A DNA stretch of 62,000 bases from Hyalangium minutum. Lineage in GTDB: Bacteria > Myxococcota > Myxococcia > Myxococcales > Myxococcaceae. The stretch spans positions 144,001 through 206,000 of the forward strand of contig NZ_JMCB01000005.1 of assembly GCF_000737315.1 (NCBI RefSeq), written 5' to 3'. This document shows positions 1 through 8,319 of this stretch, piece after piece. Position numbers and translations under genes: made by a program. The notes under the pieces were generated by a model. The model searched no databases, had not been told where the DNA came from, and saw nothing but the letters and a program-made list of their open reading frames with translations. Position 1 is the first letter of the stretch, and every line of letters begins with the position of its first letter.

Positions 1-314
1 TCCCCCGCGCTGTACATCTCCGCGGTGACGCTGGCGGCGGTCATGGAGGCATGCATGCTGTTCATCGCAACATAAGAAGAGGCGATGGCGCGGTTGCTGA
101 CGGCGAAGTAGTTGAGCGAGCGCGCCTCCAGGGTGGCCATGGAGTAGGCCAGGGCGTCACTGTGCTGCTGAAGGCGCGTCTTGCCGCGCAAGGCGTGGCT
201 GAGGTTGAAGCTCAGTGCCACCATGAGCGCCAGCAGCAGCAGGGAGAGCGCCGCGAGCACCATGGCTTGCCCGGCCTCGCCGCGCCTTCTCAGAGGTGGT
301 TGGTGGTCAGGCAT
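1..314 (-). CDS. Tad/TadG-like pilus assembly protein, N-terminal part (runs off window start)
   Basis: Manual translation from ATG at 314: MPDHQPPLRRRGEAGQAMVLAALSLLLLALMVALSFNLSHALRGKTRLQQHSDALAYSMA; GQA plus hydrophobic pseudopilin-like N-terminus; overlaps the tadE-like gene. Confidence 0.7.
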   Translation of the reverse strand, partial: MPDHQPPLRRRGEAGQAMVLAALSLLLLALMVALSFNLSHALRGKTRLQQHSDALAYSMATLEARSLNYFAVSNRAIASSYVAMNSMHASMTAASVTAEMYSAG

Positions 315-1066
315 GTGTTCGACTGGGGAAGCGCAGAGGCGTAGAGGTTGGACTGCATCCGCATGGTGTAGGCGGCCCGGATGGGGAGGATGTAGACGCC
401 CCGGTTGGCGGCGTCCGCGTACTCCTGGCCGAAGAGGTTCTGTCCGGGGGGCTGCTGCTTGCCCATCCGCATCAGCATGGGCAGCTCGCGCTGCAACGCG
501 ATGGAGTGGATGACCCAGTTGGCGAAGGGGATGGGGAGCCGGTAGTTGAGCGTCACCTGGATGCGCAGCTTGGTGCGGTGGCTCTGAAGCCACTCGTCGT
601 AGGGGGAGGAGGCCACGCGCGGATCATCGAAGTCCAGCTCGCGCGTTCCTCCAGGAAGCTCCTGGAGCGTGGGCCCGCAGATGGTGACTGCCACGTAGGG
701 CAGCTTCGCGTCGGGCATCTGGTTGGTTGAGACACCCTCCGAGTTCCACTTCTTCTGGAAGTTCTTGGCACCGGTGACGGGCTGGATGGACTCGCCGCCG
801 CCTTGGTCCTGGCTGATCAACGGCAGCAGCACCGCGAGCCCCGCCTGCTCCATGGCGTCCTTGTGCGCGTGGTGCAGCGAGCCCACGCGCACGGCCCGGT
901 AAGCGGCGTACTTCGCCATCAGCCGCGCCTGATGCATCATGCCGAGCTGAAGGATGCCCAGGATCAGGAAGACGAACAGCGGCAGGATGATGGCGGTCTC
1001 GATGGCCGCCTGTCCCGACTGAGCGTGGCGTGGGGATGGCCGCGGGCCTGGCTCTCCTCGGCTCAA
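290..1066 (-). CDS. TadE family pilus assembly protein
   Basis: SGQAAIETAIILPLFVFLILGILQLG...AAYRAVRVG matches the TadE G-Q-x-x-x-E prepilin-like motif; TTG start overlaps the upstream stop. Confidence 0.8.
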   Translation of the reverse strand: MSRGEPGPRPSPRHAQSGQAAIETAIILPLFVFLILGILQLGMMHQARLMAKYAAYRAVRVGSLHHAHKDAMEQAGLAVLLPLISQDQGGGESIQPVTGAKNFQKKWNSEGVSTNQMPDAKLPYVAVTICGPTLQELPGGTRELDFDDPRVASSPYDEWLQSHRTKLRIQVTLNYRLPIPFANWVIHSIALQRELPMLMRMGKQQPPGQNLFGQEYADAANRGVYILPIRAAYTMRMQSNLYASALPQSNTCLTTNHL

Positions 1067-1752
1067 GGAGCCGCCCCTGGCTCACGGCCGGCGCTCAGGG
1101 GAGGGAGGCTGACGAGCGCCTGGCGATCCTGCGGGGTGAGGCCCGGCCCATCCGTGACGTTGGAGATGGCGTACTGCACCTCCTCTCGCCCCGGCACCGG
1201 TAGGAACTTGTCGGCGACCAGATTGATGATCTCACGCAGCCCGGGATCCTGGGTGACAGGGCCCAGGCGATAGGTGTCCCACGAGGCCGTAGGAGCCCGG
1301 GTCTCGTTGATGCAGTAGAGGTGCAGTGCCACGGCGAGCGTCTGCTGGGCGGGGACCTGCAGCGGGACGGCCTGGGCCAGCATTCCGTTCTGAGAAGAGA
1401 GATCGTCGGAGATCAGGATGAGACCCGCGGGCAGCTCCACGGTCCGGAGCTGCGCGGAGGTGTTGCGCAGCCTCAAGCAGACGCTCACCAGCGAGCCGCT
1501 GCCCTTCTCTTCTTGGGATTCCTGCTCCTCGGGGATGCAGTCGAGGGCATAGCCTTCAATAGGGGAGAGAAGCTCCACGCCGGAAGGCAGCACATACGGC
1601 GTGCCGACTGGGGTGGCCAGCGATGAACCGATGCCAGGCCGTGTGACGTCACCCGGATTGACTCCAGGGCCACCCTCTCCCTCGGTCCCTCCACCGCAGG
1701 CCACCAGAGCCACCAGTCCCAAAAGCCAGCCCATCCGCCTGAAGTCTCGCAA
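1063..1752 (-). CDS. Hypothetical lipoprotein
   Basis: TTG start after GGAGG; RDFRRMGWLLGLVALVA-C lipobox then GGG; start uncertain (ATG 1734 alternative). Confidence 0.65.
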   Translation of the reverse strand: MRDFRRMGWLLGLVALVACGGGTEGEGGPGVNPGDVTRPGIGSSLATPVGTPYVLPSGVELLSPIEGYALDCIPEEQESQEEKGSGSLVSVCLRLRNTSAQLRTVELPAGLILISDDLSSQNGMLAQAVPLQVPAQQTLAVALHLYCINETRAPTASWDTYRLGPVTQDPGLREIINLVADKFLPVPGREEVQYAISNVTDGPGLTPQDRQALVSLPPLSAGREPGAAP

Positions 1753-1922
1753 CGTTCCTCCACGCAGGTCTTCCGGTGGCACACTCCGTGTGGCCACGCA
1801 TCACCGAACGTGACGCCGCTAAGTAACCCGTGGCGGAAGCGCCTCACAACAGACAGCCAAGAGGCGTGTGGAGGTCCGGCTCCACGGCAGGCGAGCAGGA
1901 TGAAGGAGCCGGATGCGAGGAA

Positions 1923-3815
1923 TTATTTACGATGAGCGCGCCGGAGCTCATCGTTGGCCAACGTGGCACGGACCCGGGGCGCAGCCGCGTGGTCAGGAGC
2001 GAGCTCCAAGAACTTGCGGTAGTGCTCCGAGGCTCTGGCTTGTTGGCCCAGGGCCAAGGCTGCGTCGCCTGCCAGCAATTGGCAATGAGCGTCGTCAGGA
2101 GCTTGCTGGAGGCATTGCTGCGCGCGCGGCAGAGCCTCGTCGAACTGCCGGACCTTGAAGAGCTGCGTCCCCTCCACAAAGGCCCGCCTGGCCTCGAGGC
2201 GTCGAAGCTTCTGCCGGATCTCCAAGGCGCGCGGGTGGGTGGGCGCCAAGCGCAAGAAGCGGGTGTAGCGATCTGCGGCCTTCCGTGACAGCGAATCCGA
2301 CCGTTGTCGGGTGTAAGCCTCACCCGCGATCAGGAAGCACTCGGCCCACTGAGGATCCTGCTGGATGCACTTCTCTCCCTGGAAGGCAGCCAGCTTCACG
2401 TTGTTGCGGAGGAGGGCCTTCTCGGCGCTGGCATATGCGGCCGGGGGCTCGCTGGGGACGGGACGAGGACTCTCGGCAGCGGGGGCGCCCGGAGGGGAAG
2501 CCGAAGGTGCGGCCACGACCATGGAAGCTACCGCGACGGGAATCACGGCGGACGCTCCTCCAGAGGCAGGAGCGCGTGGCTCCTTGCGTGTCAGGCCACT
2601 TTCCCCAGCCACCCGTGGCATTGGCTGAGGCGTGGGGCTCCGTGGAGTGGCCATTGCCAGGGCCAGCGCGGCCCCTGCGACCGCCGAGCCGACTCCTACC
2701 CCCAACAACCTCATTCTGGAGGAGAGGGGACGTACCGGCTCGACCTGTGTGTCCGTGGGGGGCTCTACTGAAGGGGCGCGCTGAGGCGAAGCTGGGAGCT
2801 GGGGAGAGGTTCCTGTCCGCCACCGATCGAGCTGCTCTTGGAAGGAGGGGGGCACCAGCGGCTGCCGGCCCTCCGCCCGCAGGTCTTCCGAGAACAATGC
2901 GTGAATGAAGGAGGAGAGAGACCTCGTGGAGAGGCGGGGATCCATGCTGGCCAAGGCTTCGGTGAGGGCTTCGTCCAGGGCCATGCAGGAGGGGTAACGA
3001 TCTTCGCGCCGGAGGGTCAGCGCCCTCATCACGATGGCATCCAACTCCAGGGGGAGTTCTGGGTTGATCACGCAGGGACGAGGGAACTCGCCACGAACGA
3101 TCCGGGACAGCGCCGAGTAGGCAGGGCCCTCCACGGGAAGCCTCCCGCATAGCAGCTTGTATAGGACGACCCCCGTGGCCCACACATCCGTGCGTGCGTC
3201 CACCAGTTCCCCGCGGGCCTGCTCGGGAGAGAAATAGAGAAACTTGCCCTTCACCGTCCCTGGAGTCGTGGCGAAGTCCCGGGGCTCGCTCGACTGGGCA
3301 ATCCCAAAATCGACGATCTTGACCTGTCCCTCGTAGCTGATGAGCACGTTGTCTGGAGCGATGTCCCGGTGGACGATCTCCAGCGGCTGGCCCTGCTGAT
3401 CCAGGCGGGTATGGGCATAGTGCAAGCCCCGGCACATCTCGCTGCCGATGAGGAGCGCCAGCGGCGCTGGAATGGAGGACAGGCCGGAGCGCAGCGCTCG
3501 CTGAAGCACACGATTCAGGGGCTGGCCATCCACATACTCCATGGCCAAGAAGTACTCGCCGTCGATGCAGCCGAAGTCGTACACCTGAGCGATGTTGCTG
3601 TGCGAGAGCGACGAGGAGATCCGCGCCTCGCGGATGAACATCGTGGTGAAGTCAGGGTTGGAGGCGTGCTCGGGCAGCACCTTCTTGATGAGCACCTCGC
3701 GCGTGACTCCTGCCGCCCCTTGCAGCTGAGAGCGGTAGGTGACTGCCATGCCGCCACGGCCCAGGCATGACACCAGCTTGTAGCGACCGAAAGACTCTCC
3801 AGATTCCACGTCCAT
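1923..3815 (-). CDS. Hanks-type Ser/Thr protein kinase with TM segment and C-terminal TPR-like repeats
   Basis: LGRGGMA, VLIKK, HRDIAPDN, DFG, YFSPE motifs; hydrophobic GVGSAVAGAALALAM; duplicated helical C-terminal repeats. Confidence 0.9.
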   Translation of the reverse strand: MDVESGESFGRYKLVSCLGRGGMAVTYRSQLQGAAGVTREVLIKKVLPEHASNPDFTTMFIREARISSSLSHSNIAQVYDFGCIDGEYFLAMEYVDGQPLNRVLQRALRSGLSSIPAPLALLIGSEMCRGLHYAHTRLDQQGQPLEIVHRDIAPDNVLISYEGQVKIVDFGIAQSSEPRDFATTPGTVKGKFLYFSPEQARGELVDARTDVWATGVVLYKLLCGRLPVEGPAYSALSRIVRGEFPRPCVINPELPLELDAIVMRALTLRREDRYPSCMALDEALTEALASMDPRLSTRSLSSFIHALFSEDLRAEGRQPLVPPSFQEQLDRWRTGTSPQLPASPQRAPSVEPPTDTQVEPVRPLSSRMRLLGVGVGSAVAGAALALAMATPRSPTPQPMPRVAGESGLTRKEPRAPASGGASAVIPVAVASMVVAAPSASPPGAPAAESPRPVPSEPPAAYASAEKALLRNNVKLAAFQGEKCIQQDPQWAECFLIAGEAYTRQRSDSLSRKAADRYTRFLRLAPTHPRALEIRQKLRRLEARRAFVEGTQLFKVRQFDEALPRAQQCLQQAPDDAHCQLLAGDAALALGQQARASEHYRKFLELAPDHAAAPRVRATLANDELRRAHRK

Positions 3816-4058
3816 GCTTCAGTCATCGTACTCTTGACAGCATGTGCGTCACCGAATGGCCCTCCGGCGCTTGGCGGAGCAGCAGGAGGGCAGAGCGGCC
3901 CCTGACTGCGGATTGGCAGGAATAAAAGGAGGGACGCCGTTTTGCCCTGCCTTACCGGCTGCTTGCCCAGCCACCACTCCAGCGGCAGAGGCCAGTCCCA
4001 CCGGAAGCATTGATGGGAATGACCTCCTCCTCGCGGACGGCTTCTCTGCGGCTGAGCG

Positions 4059-4670
4059 TCATTTCAGCGAAGACAGGATCACGTCGAACTGCGTGCTCGC
4101 GAGCTCGGTGTCGGTCTTCATGTGCTGCAGCATGAGCCCGCGGGTCCTGCCCTTCTCCTTCCACGCGAAGAGCTCGATCTTGAGCTGCTCCCCCGCCAGC
4201 ACGACGTCGAACGCTTTGCCCTGGCGCTCCGCACCGGACACCGTGCGCTTCGGCGCGGGGAGCGCCTTGAGCTGTCCTCCGCGTTCCGTGAACCCCTCGC
4301 CCACCCCACTCGCCAGCGCCTCCAGGACATCCTTGGCCTCCACGGAGGCTGGATACAGCTGGATGATCGCGAGCGGAGACGCGGGGCTTTCGAGCGTGAT
4401 CGTCGTCACGCCCGCCTCGGTGGCCTCGGAGAGCTTCATCTCGCTCGGGTACTGAAAGGCGAGACCCGCCTTGTTGTACGAGATCGCCTTCTTTCTCGAG
4501 ACGATCAATTCCACCGTCTCGCCCTTCGGGGTGGTCACCTTGAGCGGCTGCTCCAGCGACATGGGGTAGGTCTTTCCGCCCACCTTCACCTCGAAGCCCG
4601 CCTCTTCCGCAAGGACGGCGGAGCTACACAGAAGTGCCACTCCGACCACGACCGCTCGACATGCGCGCAT
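4059..4670 (-). CDS. Secreted hypothetical protein
   Basis: MRACRAVVVGVALLCSSAVLA-EE signal peptide; host-like codon usage; upstream part of the listed 476-aa ORF is probably non-coding. Confidence 0.65.
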   Translation of the reverse strand: MRACRAVVVGVALLCSSAVLAEEAGFEVKVGGKTYPMSLEQPLKVTTPKGETVELIVSRKKAISYNKAGLAFQYPSEMKLSEATEAGVTTITLESPASPLAIIQLYPASVEAKDVLEALASGVGEGFTERGGQLKALPAPKRTVSGAERQGKAFDVVLAGEQLKIELFAWKEKGRTRGLMLQHMKTDTELASTQFDVILSSLK

Positions 4671-4898
4671 GTGTACTCCCCAAGAAGTGAGCGGCGACGC
4701 TATCACCATGACTGTGGGCGTGTGTGGGGTGTCGGGCCTTCGGTCCGGACGGAGCCGTGGGGCTCGCCGGTTCGTTCGACGCCAGCGTCTCGTCACTACG
4801 CGGATGCGTGGTGCGAACACGCAGCGGCGCGCAGGGAGGACGTTCTTCCATGCCGCATGCTCGCCTGTTTCCCTCGGGAACGGCTCGGCACGCCGTAC

Positions 4899-4914
4899 TG
4901 GCATGCGGGTTGCT
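4899..4914 (+). promoter_or_regulatory. Sigma54 (-24/-12) promoter
   Basis: TGGCATGCGGGTTGCT matches TGGCAYG-N4-TTGCW; upstream of the 4997 gene. Confidence 0.7.
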
Positions 4915-4996
4915 AACCCCTCTGGCAGCAACCCACTGCTCCATTCCTGTGAATGGAGCCCACAAACGAAGTTCACCCCAGAGGAGAGACCTTCCC

Positions 4997-5263
4997 ATGT
5001 CGATGCATCGCGCAGCACTGCGGTTCCTGGCTGTGATTCTGGCGACGTCGGCCGTTGCTTGCGGTGGCGAGGCTGGTGACGTTGAGACGGACGCGACGAA
5101 CGCTTTGACTGTCCACGAGCGCGCGGCCTACACGGTGGAGCAGTATCGGAAGACCACGCAGGTTGAGGCCGCAATGAAGTGCTCCGAGGTTCCGGATCGA
5201 TGCTGCACGGACACGGGCTTCTGCTGCACGTGGGGCCACCCCGACGGGCCGATCTGTCACTGA
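4997..5263 (+). CDS. Small Cys-rich lipoprotein (signal, acidic spacer, 6-Cys core)
   Basis: GAGGAG at 4981-4986, ATG 4997; lipobox-like SAVA-C-GG; core C-x6-CC-x5-CC-x9-C. Confidence 0.7.
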   Translation: MSMHRAALRFLAVILATSAVACGGEAGDVETDATNALTVHERAAYTVEQYRKTTQVEAAMKCSEVPDRCCTDTGFCCTWGHPDGPICH

Positions 5264-5468
5264 GGCTGTTTCCACCCACCGTCGTACAGCCAGGAGCTGG
5301 GGGAGCTCTGGCAGGCAGGGCTCTCCCGGCTCCATCGGAGCACTGCGGCTGGAAATGCGTGCGAGGTGCACGTATTTTGCTGCGGGCGCGCGACTGCGAG
5401 CACTTCGGCGGGTGTCGGCGTCGGCTCGCCGACGAGTTCACCTCGCCGCTCGAGCACGGAGGACAGCC

Positions 5469-5840
5469 GTGACGATCACGCTGAACCACACCATCGTCCC
5501 CGCGAGGGACAAGAGCGCGTCGGCCACGTTCCTGGCCGAGCTCTTGGGGGTCGAGGTGTCACCCCCCGCCGGGCCCTTCGTGCCGGTGAAGATCAACGAG
5601 GACCTCACCTTCGACTTCGACGATCGCCGCGAGCCCTTACCGGGTCACTACGCATTCCTGGTCGATGACACGACGTTCGACCGGATCCTGAATCATGCCC
5701 AGACCCGGGGGCTCGCCTTCGGCTCGGGGCCCGGAGGTGGCTGGGACGGCCGCATGAACCACCTCAACGGCGGGAGAGGCGTCTACATCCAGGACCCAAA
5801 CGGGCACAGCTACGAGTTCTTCACCGTCGTGCCTTCCTGA
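5469..5840 (+). CDS. VOC (glyoxalase/bleomycin resistance) family protein
   Basis: LNHTIV...HYAFLVD...GRGVYIQDPNGHSYEF typical VOC pattern. Confidence 0.85.
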   Translation: MTITLNHTIVPARDKSASATFLAELLGVEVSPPAGPFVPVKINEDLTFDFDDRREPLPGHYAFLVDDTTFDRILNHAQTRGLAFGSGPGGGWDGRMNHLNGGRGVYIQDPNGHSYEFFTVVPS

Positions 5841-5874
5841 GGCCATCATCCAGCCCCTGTGGCTCGTACAGGGC

Positions 5875-6621
5875 TCAGCTTCCGCGCAAGAAGGCCCGGG
5901 TCATGGCAGCGTACTGGGCGGAGTCTTGTTGCATGCGCTGGAGCAGGTCCTGAGCCTTTGCTGCCTCAGGGCCTCCCATCAGGACGAGAGAGCGCAGCGC
6001 CTTCACATAACCCAAGCGGTCTCTGCGTTGCTCCGCCAGAGGCTCCCGTCGCAGTCCCAGGATGCGAAGGGTCGTCTCACCGCGAGCGTTGCCGCCTACG
6101 GCATAGGGAACCTCCTCCCGGAACGAGATGGAGGCTTCGGGATCATCCGCCGCAGGATCCAGCAACAGAGGGTCTTCCTCTGTCACGTCATTCTTGTGGC
6201 TCCGAGCTCGTTTCGCGGGAGTTCCCAGTGGGAAGAGGTTTCGTTTGAACTGCTGATTGCAGAGCGTGCAGGACACGAACAGGTTGGCCCACTCATAGGC
6301 GAGCCAGTAGTACCCGGGGCGATGAAGGGGCTCTCCTTCCTCCTGGCGCCACCCAGCCTTGGGGCGGAAGTGTTCGACGTCCCCGAAGTCGATGTGGGTG
6401 AAGCGCGATTCGCAGAAGGCGCATTTGCCGTGCTGGGCCTGGATGAGCGCCTGCTTGACGGTCTCGTGGCCGTAGAGGTCCGAGTCGGATTCGAACGACC
6501 TCGTTCCCCTCTCGTAGCTCCGAGCAGCGCGCGAGTAGGCCGTGCTGAAGGCTCGCCGGGCCTGGACCCCTTGGGTGCGAAGAATCTGAGGTGGCTCGGC
6601 AGGTTTCCGGACGCGAATCAC
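5875..6621 (-). CDS. HNH endonuclease, Septu PtuB / retron-system HNH-like
   Basis: CAFCES, DVEHFRPK, NLFVSCTLCN motifs; GTGA overlap with upstream ATPase. Confidence 0.8.
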   Translation of the reverse strand: MIRVRKPAEPPQILRTQGVQARRAFSTAYSRAARSYERGTRSFESDSDLYGHETVKQALIQAQHGKCAFCESRFTHIDFGDVEHFRPKAGWRQEEGEPLHRPGYYWLAYEWANLFVSCTLCNQQFKRNLFPLGTPAKRARSHKNDVTEEDPLLLDPAADDPEASISFREEVPYAVGGNARGETTLRILGLRREPLAEQRRDRLGYVKALRSLVLMGGPEAAKAQDLLQRMQQDSAQYAAMTRAFLRGS

Positions 6622-7982
6622 TTGGGCCCGTTCCTGAGACGCGCGGCGGCACGTTGGATGAGCTCAAGTGCCTCGCGCTCGGTGTGAGTCTCGCCCGTGG
6701 GCAGCGGACCGATGGCCGCCTCCAGCTCGAGCAGCCGGGCCTCATCCTCTCGGGTCAGGCGGGGCTTGGAGAGGAGGGCTGTTCGCTCCTTGAGGAACTC
6801 CTCGATTTGGGGCGGACGCGCCGTCTCGAGCCCGAACAGATCGCTCGTAAGGATCTGGTCCACCCGCCAGCCGCGAATGGACTCCACATCGTTATCGATG
6901 ACGACGTGATCTCCCTTGCGCCGCAGGACAACGATGTTCGCGTTCGTGGCACTCTGGACGACGAGCGGGCTGTGCGCGGTGACGATGAACTGCGTCTGGG
7001 GAAAGCGATCCGTGAGGTACCCAATAAGCTGGCGCTGCCACTTCGGGTGCAGGTGGAGATCGATCTCGTCAACGAGCACCACCGCGGGCTCAGCCAGGGG
7101 ATTGGGGCTGTTGGGGTAGCGCTCGAACATGCGGCTGGCGAGGTCCACCATCCAGGCGATGAGGGTCCGATACCCCAAGCTCAAGTCCCGCATGGCGACC
7201 CAGCCGTAGGGTGTTAGCACCTCCACCCGTGCGGCAGGGACTTTCGCCGTGGGAACTGCGAAGCGGACGTCACTCACCTCCGGGAGCAAGTCGATCAACA
7301 GTTGCCTGATCCGGTCCCGCTTCGTTGTAGCTGCTTGCTGGTCGGGAGAAGGCTTGCTGGCGGCATAGTCCGCTTGCAGGAGCCATTCTTCCGCGTTTCT
7401 CAGGGGCACATCTTCGAGGAAGAGGCTGTCACTCGGTTGTGTCTCTTTGAGCGCAGACAGAGATCCCGCCCCCATCCGGCGGGTGGCTCCGTACCCGTAA
7501 CACACCAGATTGAGGAACGGCTCAGAGATAGTTTGTGACGTGGAGCCGAGAACCTCTGGGGTCAAGGAATACTCAAGTCGCTGCTGATGCTTGGGAGAGC
7601 CTTCTTCAGGCACCCAATTTCCGGCGGAGAGCTCGGCGGAAAAGTGTGCGGCTTTGGCTTGATGGCGTACGGGAACCCAAGGCAAGCGACCGTAATGGAC
7701 AAATCCCTTGGTGGCGTAGTGAGGGCCCGACGAAGCTGGTTCAAAGGTCGTCAAGCTCTGCAAGAGCGTCGTCTTGCCCATGCCGTTGTTGCCGAGGATC
7801 ACCGTCCAGCGTGCTGGTTCTCCTCGCTCATTTGAGAGCTTCAGGGTCTGGCTGGGCCCGAAGCACCGGACGTCCTTGAGTGTCAATGAAAGGAAGTACA
7901 CGGGCAGGGCGGCAGGTTTCGGAGCCTTTGTGCCACGCCCCTGTTTGCCCTGGCGTGATTTTCCCTGACCTCTGGCGGCCAT
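6618..7982 (-). CDS. ABC/AAA ATPase, Septu PtuA-like
   Basis: Walker A GNNGMGKTT, LSLG signature-like, Walker B VLVDEIDLHLHPKWQ, FIVTAHSP. Confidence 0.85.
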   Translation of the reverse strand: MAARGQGKSRQGKQGRGTKAPKPAALPVYFLSLTLKDVRCFGPSQTLKLSNERGEPARWTVILGNNGMGKTTLLQSLTTFEPASSGPHYATKGFVHYGRLPWVPVRHQAKAAHFSAELSAGNWVPEEGSPKHQQRLEYSLTPEVLGSTSQTISEPFLNLVCYGYGATRRMGAGSLSALKETQPSDSLFLEDVPLRNAEEWLLQADYAASKPSPDQQAATTKRDRIRQLLIDLLPEVSDVRFAVPTAKVPAARVEVLTPYGWVAMRDLSLGYRTLIAWMVDLASRMFERYPNSPNPLAEPAVVLVDEIDLHLHPKWQRQLIGYLTDRFPQTQFIVTAHSPLVVQSATNANIVVLRRKGDHVVIDNDVESIRGWRVDQILTSDLFGLETARPPQIEEFLKERTALLSKPRLTREDEARLLELEAAIGPLPTGETHTEREALELIQRAAARLRNGPK

Positions 7983-8319
7983 GTCGCTCCCCTGCGGCGT
8001 TTCCCATCCCGATGCTGAACTTGGGCGGTGTATCACGGATCCCTCCCTCCGGCCTGACCCGCCAGGCCTGCGCGCTGCTCACTCATGGGGTTCTGCCTCG
8101 CTGAAGTGAGTGGGACTTCGGTGGGGCGATAAGCAGCATCCAGGCCACCGCCAGAACTCCGTGACTTCGCGTGGTTACGTGGGAGTGTCAGGCCCTCGAT
8201 CGTCTCATCCGGCGGACGGTGGAGTCCGCAGCTGTGGACGGCGGGAGCGCCGCGTGTGGCTCCGCGAATTGCCAGCACTGGATTGGCAAGAGGCCTCCGC
8301 CTGGACGATCGTTGCCGTC

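Noticed and set aside
7983-8319. Retron msr-msd next to the PtuAB-like pair
   Set aside because: No reverse transcriptase in the window and no long a1/a2 inverted repeats seen
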